DNA of 64,000 nucleotides from contig JAUQQC010000003.1 of the NCBI GenBank assembly GCA_030550025.1, positions 37,464-101,463 on the forward strand. The letters are read 5' to 3'. Position numbers and translations under genes: made by a program. The notes beneath the pieces were generated by a model. The model had not been told where the DNA came from and searched no databases. It saw only the letters and a program-made list of their open reading frames with translations. Of the stretch, positions 58,837 to 64,000 are shown piece by piece (positions within the stretch are counted from its first letter, which is position 1; every line of letters begins with the position of its first letter). This stretch comes from Acidobacteriota bacterium (GTDB lineage: Bacteria > Acidobacteriota > Blastocatellia > HR10).

Positions 58837-59502
58837 TCACCGAACCGGACGAAAGGTGACCTCGACTTCCAGAAGCGTCGCGCGCGCAAAACGCAGCCCC
58901 TTCTTGTTCCGGCCAGCGCTCTCAATGGCGACGCGCTTCATCTCCTCTTCGCTTCTGACCTCCCGGTATCGGCCGTTCCGCTCCAGGATGAGGAAGATCG
59001 TCCCCGGCGGATTCGCCGCCTTCCTCTTCCGGCGCACCGACGCGCTCGCGCGTCTCCCGCGCGTCGGAGATTCCGAGGCGATTCCCGCGACCTCAGAGAG
59101 AGTCGTCGCTCGCTTCGCCTCTCCGCGTTTCGGCTTCTCTTCTCCCATAGGCGCGTCCTCCCGAGATTGAGAATGTGATCGGCACCGCCCAGAGGAGGGC
59201 AGCAGCACGCCTGATCCCGACGACGAACGCTCAGCGACTCTCGCCTCCCTCCTCGTGCGGCGTGGGCTCGCCAGCCGTTTCGACTTTTTCTGCAGGGGAT
59301 GCCACACCTCAGGATTCACCACCACTCCCCTCGCGAGGGCATAGGCCTGTACCTGCTGCTCAATTCGCTCTCGCCGATCGCTCATGAGCGCCCCCGCCCA
59401 ATCCTTACAGCCGAGCGCATAGGGGCACCGAAGGGCACAGATCAGCACGGACTTCAGCCCGCTGTAGCGAGTGCAGTAGATGTACCCCCCCACGTCTCCC
59501 AT
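58837..59502 (-). CDS. hypothetical protein: N-terminal 4-Cys module, basic disordered middle, small C-terminal domain
   Basis: ATG at 59502 lies 6 nt after AAGGAG. Contains MGDVGGYIYCTRYSGLKSVLICALRCPYALGC, then an R/K/S-rich stretch, then IFLILERNGRYREV. No homology that I recognise. Confidence 0.45.
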   Translation of the reverse strand: MGDVGGYIYCTRYSGLKSVLICALRCPYALGCKDWAGALMSDRRERIEQQVQAYALARGVVVNPEVWHPLQKKSKRLASPRRTRREARVAERSSSGSGVLLPSSGRCRSHSQSREDAPMGEEKPKRGEAKRATTLSEVAGIASESPTRGRRASASVRRKRKAANPPGTIFLILERNGRYREVRSEEEMKRVAIESAGRNKKGLRFARATLLEVEVTFRPVR

Positions 59503-59681
59503 GCTCGCTCCTTCGCTCTCGTGAACCCTCGCTCCGCGCAATGCGCCATCGCGCGCCGATCTTATATCTCGCCGCCATTCCCCCTGTCAAATGTCCGACG
59601 CGTCCTCCCCATAGCCCGATAGGCCGATTTTGTGCTATAACCGAACATCGCGCGCAACGTCGAGGCGGAGGCGAGCGGAAG

Positions 59682-60545
59682 ATGTTCGAGCGACCTTCGG
59701 TCATCGAGTTCAAGAACGTCTGGCACTCGTATGATGGTGAGCATCCCGTGCTCGAGGACATCTCCTTCTCGGTCGGGCCGGGCGAGATGACGGTCATCCT
59801 CGGCGGCTCCGGAAGCGGGAAGTCCACGATCTTGCGACTCACGCTCGGACTCATTCGACCGGATGAGGGCGAGATCTTCATCCAAGGCCAGGAGATCACC
59901 TCCATGACCGAGCAAGAGTTGCTGACCGTTCGCCGAAAGATCGGGATCGTCTTTCAATCCGGGGCTCTGTTTGACAGCTTGAGCGTGTACGAGAACGTCG
60001 CCTATCGGCTCCGCGAAGAAGGATGGCCCGAAGAGCGCATCGAGGAGGAGGTCATGCGCCAGCTCGCGTTCATCGACTTCAAGGGGGATGTTCACGCCCT
60101 TCCCGGCGAACTCTCCGGCGGCATGCGCCGAGCCGTCGCCATCGCCCGCGCGATGGTCGGCGGCCCCGAGATTTTGCTCTTCGACGAGCCTACGGCCGGA
60201 CTCGATCCGCCTACGGCCCGAACGCTCTGCGAGCTGGCCGCCAAGTATCGCGATCTTCAAGGCGTCAGCTCCATCTTCGTCACCCACCGCATGGACGATG
60301 TGCGCTTCCTCTCCTCCATCCTCTACACTCGCCATGCCAGCGGAGACGTCATCGCCCTCCACCGCGACGATGAGACGTTCTCGCTCATCAACACGCGGTT
60401 CCTCATCCTGCGGAACCGTCGCATCTACTTCAGCGGGACGGAAGAACAACTCCGTCGCTCGGAAGACCCCTACGTCCGAGAGTTCATCGGCGCGCTCGAG
60501 GAGATGGAAGAACAAGAGGTGTTCGAGGAGCGAATGCTCGAATGA
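59682..60545 (+). CDS. ABC transporter ATP-binding protein, MlaF-like, canonical motifs
   Basis: Walker A GGSGSGKST, signature LSGGMRRAVAIARAM, Walker B LLFDEPTAGLDP, and H-loop IFVTHRMDD. Confidence 0.85.
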   Translation: MFERPSVIEFKNVWHSYDGEHPVLEDISFSVGPGEMTVILGGSGSGKSTILRLTLGLIRPDEGEIFIQGQEITSMTEQELLTVRRKIGIVFQSGALFDSLSVYENVAYRLREEGWPEERIEEEVMRQLAFIDFKGDVHALPGELSGGMRRAVAIARAMVGGPEILLFDEPTAGLDPPTARTLCELAAKYRDLQGVSSIFVTHRMDDVRFLSSILYTRHASGDVIALHRDDETFSLINTRFLILRNRRIYFSGTEEQLRRSEDPYVREFIGALEEMEEQEVFEERMLE

Positions 60546-61408
60546 GGAGATGGCCGCCCCTCGATCGTCGGAACGAGACGAAGACACCGACTTCGCCTCC
60601 TGAGGACCAACCGGTCATCGAATTCCGAGAAGTCTCCCTCGCCTTCGATGACCCCCCACGGCAAGTCCTCGATCGGGTCAGCTTCAAGGTCTATAAGGGC
60701 GAGATGCGCATCCTCCTAGGACCAACAGGCTCCGGGAAATCCACGATCCTCCGCCTGACCATCGGCCTGCTGCGCCCCGATGAGGGGCAGATCTTCGTCA
60801 ACGGTCAAGAGATCACAGTCCTCCCTGAGGAAGAGCTTCTCAAGCTTCGCCAAAGGATCGGCGTCGTCTTCCAAGAGGATGCCCTCTTCACCTCACTGAC
60901 GGTCGCCGAGAACGTCGCCTATCGGCTTCTCGAACAGGGATACACCTTGGAAGACGTGGAGGCTGAAGTGCGGCGGACGCTGCGCTTGGTCGGACTCGAA
61001 CACGCCTACGGGATGATGCCCAACGAACTCTCCGGTGGGATGAGCCGACGCACGGCCATCGCGCGCGCGCTTGTCGGAGACCCGGAGATCATCCTCTACG
61101 ACTCACCGCTTGCGGGACTCGACCCCGTCATCGGCCGACGCATCAGCCGACTCGCCATGCGCTTGCGGGATCTGCGGGGCGTTACCTCGCTCTGGATCAC
61201 GCAGAACATGGATGAGGTGCGATACCTCGCCTCGCATTTCTACGAGCGCACGGCCGACGGCAAGCTCCTCTTCCGCCGAGAGAGCGAACGCTTCTGTTTG
61301 ATCAACACGAAGATCCTCATGCTCGCCGAAGGGCGCGTGATCTTCGATGGAGCAGACGAACTCTTCTGGGGCGCGCGCGATCCCACGATCCGACAGTTCC
61401 TCCCCTGA
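60542..61408 (+). CDS. ABC ATP-binding protein paralog, MlaF-like, degenerate catalytic residues
   Basis: Walker A GPTGSGKST and signature LSGGMSRRTAIARAL are present. Walker B reads ILYDSPLAGLDP (Glu to Ser) and the H-loop reads LWITQNMDE (His to Gln). Its start overlaps the upstream stop (ATGA). Confidence 0.8.
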   Translation: MRRWPPLDRRNETKTPTSPPEDQPVIEFREVSLAFDDPPRQVLDRVSFKVYKGEMRILLGPTGSGKSTILRLTIGLLRPDEGQIFVNGQEITVLPEEELLKLRQRIGVVFQEDALFTSLTVAENVAYRLLEQGYTLEDVEAEVRRTLRLVGLEHAYGMMPNELSGGMSRRTAIARALVGDPEIILYDSPLAGLDPVIGRRISRLAMRLRDLRGVTSLWITQNMDEVRYLASHFYERTADGKLLFRRESERFCLINTKILMLAEGRVIFDGADELFWGARDPTIRQFLP

Positions 61409-63172
61409 TCACCGAACCGCGCGTTCTCCTGTGACCGCCATCGCTTCTGAAAGCCCCTCGATCCCCATGAGCTTTTCGAACTCTCGCCAGAGCTTCTCGC
61501 AGAGGTGCTCGACGAACTGTCGGGCATATGGGCGAAATTCCGCGGCGGGGAGATCGGCGTCGTCGCGGAGCTGCGCCGACGCGTCGCTCAAGAGCTGCCG
61601 CATTCGCGCTCCCTTTTCTTCCTCGCGGAGACGCTCATCTTCGACCACGCACTTCATCCGCTCGCTCCACTCCAGGTACGCCCTCTCGATCTGCCGCCGC
61701 CACTCCTCCAATCTCCTGAGGGCTGCGAAATACGGCGCGCTGTCGCGAACAATCTGCCGCGCCAACTTTCTCCCCTTGATCCGAATCAAGGCGTTGAAGA
61801 GGCCACGCCCCTCCCTCAAATGCCGCCACGCTTCGCGATAGGAATAGAAGTCAAGCGAGGCCCGGATCGTGCCCATCTGCAATTCGTAAGCCGTCATCTT
61901 CGCCGGCCAGATGACGGCGTGCTGGGCGTCGTAGAGATGCCACTGCTCGGGAGCGATGATCTTCCCCTCTCGCTCAAGGCGAGCCGTCAGCGGCGGCCCC
62001 GGGACCGGCGTCAGGGCGAAGAACTGCGCCGTGTCCAGGTTCATCTCCTTCGCGAAGCGCAGCGTCTGCTCGATCGTCTCCACCGTGTCCGCATCCGATC
62101 CGAGCACGAACATCCCGTGCACGCGAATCCCCACGCGATGAAACGCCTCGATCGCCGCCCGGTTCTTCTCCAGAGTCGAATGCTTGTGATAGAGCCGCAG
62201 CGTCTCATCGTTGACCGATTCGAGCCCAATGAAGACGCAGGCGCATCCGGCTCGCGCCATCAACCGCAACAACTCCGGATCGTTGGCCGCCTCCACGCGC
62301 ACCTGAGCGAACCAACGCGGGATCCGAATCCCCTCGCTCAAGAGGCGATCCAGGAGGCGCTTCACCCGCGCCCGATTCGCATTGAAGATGTCATCCCCGA
62401 AGAAGATCGGACAGCGCTTCACCCCTAAGGTGTATCGGATCAGCGCGATCGTCGTCTCGTCATCCAAGAATCGGAACTGGCGCCCGAAGTTGTCGATGAC
62501 CGAACAGTATTCGCACTCAAAGGGACACCCGCGCGAGGTGTTCACCACCAGATGCGTGACGAAGCGCCGCTCGCTCTCCGTATATTCGGGAAACGGGAGG
62601 GCCGAGAGTTGCTCCGAGGTCAAAAACGGCCGATCCGGAGTGAGCCGTACCTCTCCTTCGGACGTCCGATAGGCGATCCCTCGAACGTCTTCCAAGTGCG
62701 GGCGCTCGAGATCCTCCCGGTAGCGCTCCAAAAGCTCCGGGAACGTATGATCCCCCTCATGTCGAACGACGACGTCCCCATACTGCAACGCCTCCTGCGG
62801 CAAAGCCGTCGGATGAGGCCCGCCGAATACGATCACTAGGCGCGGATTCGCCTGCTTCAGACGCCGCGCCAATTCCAACGATTGTGGCGCCGTTCGCGTG
62901 ATGACCGAGATGCCCACGACGTCCGATGTGAGCAACCGCGCCCAGTCCCCTCGATCCAGATGCCCCCTGGTCCGACGATTGTACTTGGGGTTGATGGCCA
63001 CCGTGTCCGCATACCCGGCCTTCTTCAAGATCGCCGTGAGGAGAGGGACACCGCGCGCCGGAAAATCGAGAAGCGAATACACATCCTTCGCCAATTTCCC
63101 ATCGAGGGTCCCATCCACGGTCGCGGGAAGCTCGATGAGCGTGATCGTCAACTCCTTTTGTCTTCTCCCCAT
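61409..63172 (-). CDS. B12-binding-domain radical SAM protein with helical C-terminal extension
   Basis: N-terminal Rossmann-like B12-binding region (VVGISVITRTAPQS...VFGGPHPT) and radical SAM NTSRGCPFECEYCSV. There is an approximately 130 aa charged helical tail. Confidence 0.85.
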   Translation of the reverse strand: MGRRQKELTITLIELPATVDGTLDGKLAKDVYSLLDFPARGVPLLTAILKKAGYADTVAINPKYNRRTRGHLDRGDWARLLTSDVVGISVITRTAPQSLELARRLKQANPRLVIVFGGPHPTALPQEALQYGDVVVRHEGDHTFPELLERYREDLERPHLEDVRGIAYRTSEGEVRLTPDRPFLTSEQLSALPFPEYTESERRFVTHLVVNTSRGCPFECEYCSVIDNFGRQFRFLDDETTIALIRYTLGVKRCPIFFGDDIFNANRARVKRLLDRLLSEGIRIPRWFAQVRVEAANDPELLRLMARAGCACVFIGLESVNDETLRLYHKHSTLEKNRAAIEAFHRVGIRVHGMFVLGSDADTVETIEQTLRFAKEMNLDTAQFFALTPVPGPPLTARLEREGKIIAPEQWHLYDAQHAVIWPAKMTAYELQMGTIRASLDFYSYREAWRHLREGRGLFNALIRIKGRKLARQIVRDSAPYFAALRRLEEWRRQIERAYLEWSERMKCVVEDERLREEEKGARMRQLLSDASAQLRDDADLPAAEFRPYARQFVEHLCEKLWREFEKLMGIEGLSEAMAVTGERAVR

Positions 63173-63270
63173 CGCTTTTCTCCGTGGCCCCCTACCATAT
63201 CAGAGGTCCCCACCTTACACAAGCCTATCGCTCAAGAATTCGCCGAAGGGAGCGATTTTCGTGAGAGGGG

Positions 63271-63299
63271 TTGACAGCGGGGGTGACATCGCGTATAAA
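63271..63299 (+). promoter_or_regulatory. near-consensus sigma70 promoter TTGACA-N17-TATAAA for argR
   Basis: TTGACA at 63271-63276 and TATAAA at 63294-63299. Confidence 0.6.
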
Positions 63300-63346
63300 T
63301 ATGCGCTCATCTTTAAATCATGCGGAAATTTTGCATATTATGCGGA
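63294..63346 (+). promoter_or_regulatory. AT-rich operator-like region with three phased (T/C)ATGCG repeats and an imperfect palindrome (ARG-box-like)
   Basis: ATGCG occurs at 63301, 63320 and 63340 (19-20 bp phasing). ATGCGGAAATTTTGCAT (63320-63336) is an imperfect palindrome. The region is sharply AT-rich compared with its surroundings. Confidence 0.45.
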
Positions 63347-63786
63347 AGCGGACGCGCCAACAGAAGGTGCTCGAACTGATCCGGGCCAAGCGGTTCCGGA
63401 CGCAAGCGGAACTGGTCGAGGAATTGCGCGCGCGTGGGATTCGCGCCACGCAATCCTCGGTCTCGCGCGATCTGGCCCGCCTGGGAGCAGTCAAGATCAA
63501 CGGCTACTATGTGCTTCCGCGCCTGGCGCATCCGGTCGCCGGAGTGCTGGAGATCCTCGACCTCGATACGGCGGGCGACCACCTCATCGTCGTGAAGACG
63601 GAACCGGGGCAGGCCCCCTCGGTCGCCCTGAAGATTGACGCGGCGCACTTCCCAGAGGTCGTGGGGACAGTCGCCGGCGATGATACGGTCTTCGTCGCCG
63701 TGAAGGATCGCGAGGCGCAGCGCAAGGCGATCGCGCGGATCAGCCAACTCTTCACATTACGAGGATCCATGCGAGGGGGAACGTGA
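63340..63786 (+). CDS. argR: arginine repressor
   Basis: Contains [44 protein letters not shown] (winged helix) and a C-terminal [11 protein letters not shown]. The ATG at 63340 is downstream of the promoter. The listed start at 63271 is the -35 box itself. Confidence 0.85.
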   Translation: MRKRTRQQKVLELIRAKRFRTQAELVEELRARGIRATQSSVSRDLARLGAVKINGYYVLPRLAHPVAGVLEILDLDTAGDHLIVVKTEPGQAPSVALKIDAAHFPEVVGTVAGDDTVFVAVKDREAQRKAIARISQLFTLRGSMRGGT

Positions 63787-63842
63787 CGCGCAGCCCGCGG
63801 CATCGCCCTTCGCCGGAAAGATCTCTTCGGAGGATGGGGCTT

Positions 63843-64000
63843 ATGGCAAATGCCACCGTTCGAAAGGTCGTGCTCGCGTATTCAGGAGGGCTTGATACCT
63901 CGGTGATGCTCAAATGGATCAAAGAGCGATACGGTTGCGAGGTCATCACCTTCACGGCCAATGTCGGCCAAGGGGAAGAGCTGGTGGGCCTCCAAGAGAA
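63843..64000 (+). CDS. argG: argininosuccinate synthase (3' end cut by the window edge)
   Basis: My own translation from the ATG at 63843 gives [46 protein letters not shown], with the [12 protein letters not shown]-binding signature. It is absent from the ORF track because it has no stop within the window. Confidence 0.85.
   Translation, partial: MANATVRKVVLAYSGGLDTSVMLKWIKERYGCEVITFTANVGQGEELVGLQE

Noticed and set aside
1-64000. Screen for mobile elements, CRISPR-Cas, toxin-antitoxin pairs and known defence-system signatures (nucleases, STAND/AAA+ NTPases, reverse transcriptases, methyltransferase-restriction pairs)
   Set aside because: None of the translated ORFs shows such signatures to my eye. 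The only AAA+ protein is a classic sigma54 activator, and the only methyltransferase is an O-methyltransferase of the small-molecule type. I am therefore not claiming a novel defence system.

Overview
High-GC (roughly 60-63% by eye) bacterial chromosomal segment. I call about 50 protein genes, one tRNA-His, one decayed pseudogene and a set of sigma70-like promoters and hairpin terminators. Three things suggest Acidobacteriota, but this is inference only: a TIGR03436-type VWA protein, a CarboxypepD_reg-type TonB-dependent receptor, and many secreted S8/S9/M14/S12-like peptidases. Most of the window is housekeeping: psd-pssA, purH, nadA, glnA, ilvBNC, rpiB, argR-argG, HU/IHF paralogs and a ROK kinase. 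I found no CRISPR array, no transposase or integrase, and no recognisable toxin-antitoxin or phage-defence genes, so I cannot point to a clear new multi-gene system. The one accessory-looking block is a co-directional copper/silver locus on the minus strand (about 32.2-42.9 kb). It holds cusC-cusB-cusA, two uncharacterised secreted Cys/His proteins and an atypical copA. One of the two secreted proteins is an internally duplicated protein with a repeated VRHxH-x4-C motif, translationally coupled to cusA. Other items worth follow-up are listed here. (1) A full-length ClpP homolog lacks both the catalytic Ser and His (ClpR-like). (2) Two MlaF-like ABC ATPases sit in tandem, and the second has degenerate catalytic residues. 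(3) A hydantoinase-like protein with degenerate ATP motifs lies next to a PduO-type adenosyltransferase. (4) The nadA leader is about 180 nt and has tandem repeats and mutually exclusive helices, making it a candidate riboswitch. (5) An internally deleted panC remnant is present. (6) Phased AT-rich repeats overlap a near-consensus argR promoter. All calls come from reading the translated ORFs and DNA by eye. No database search was run.
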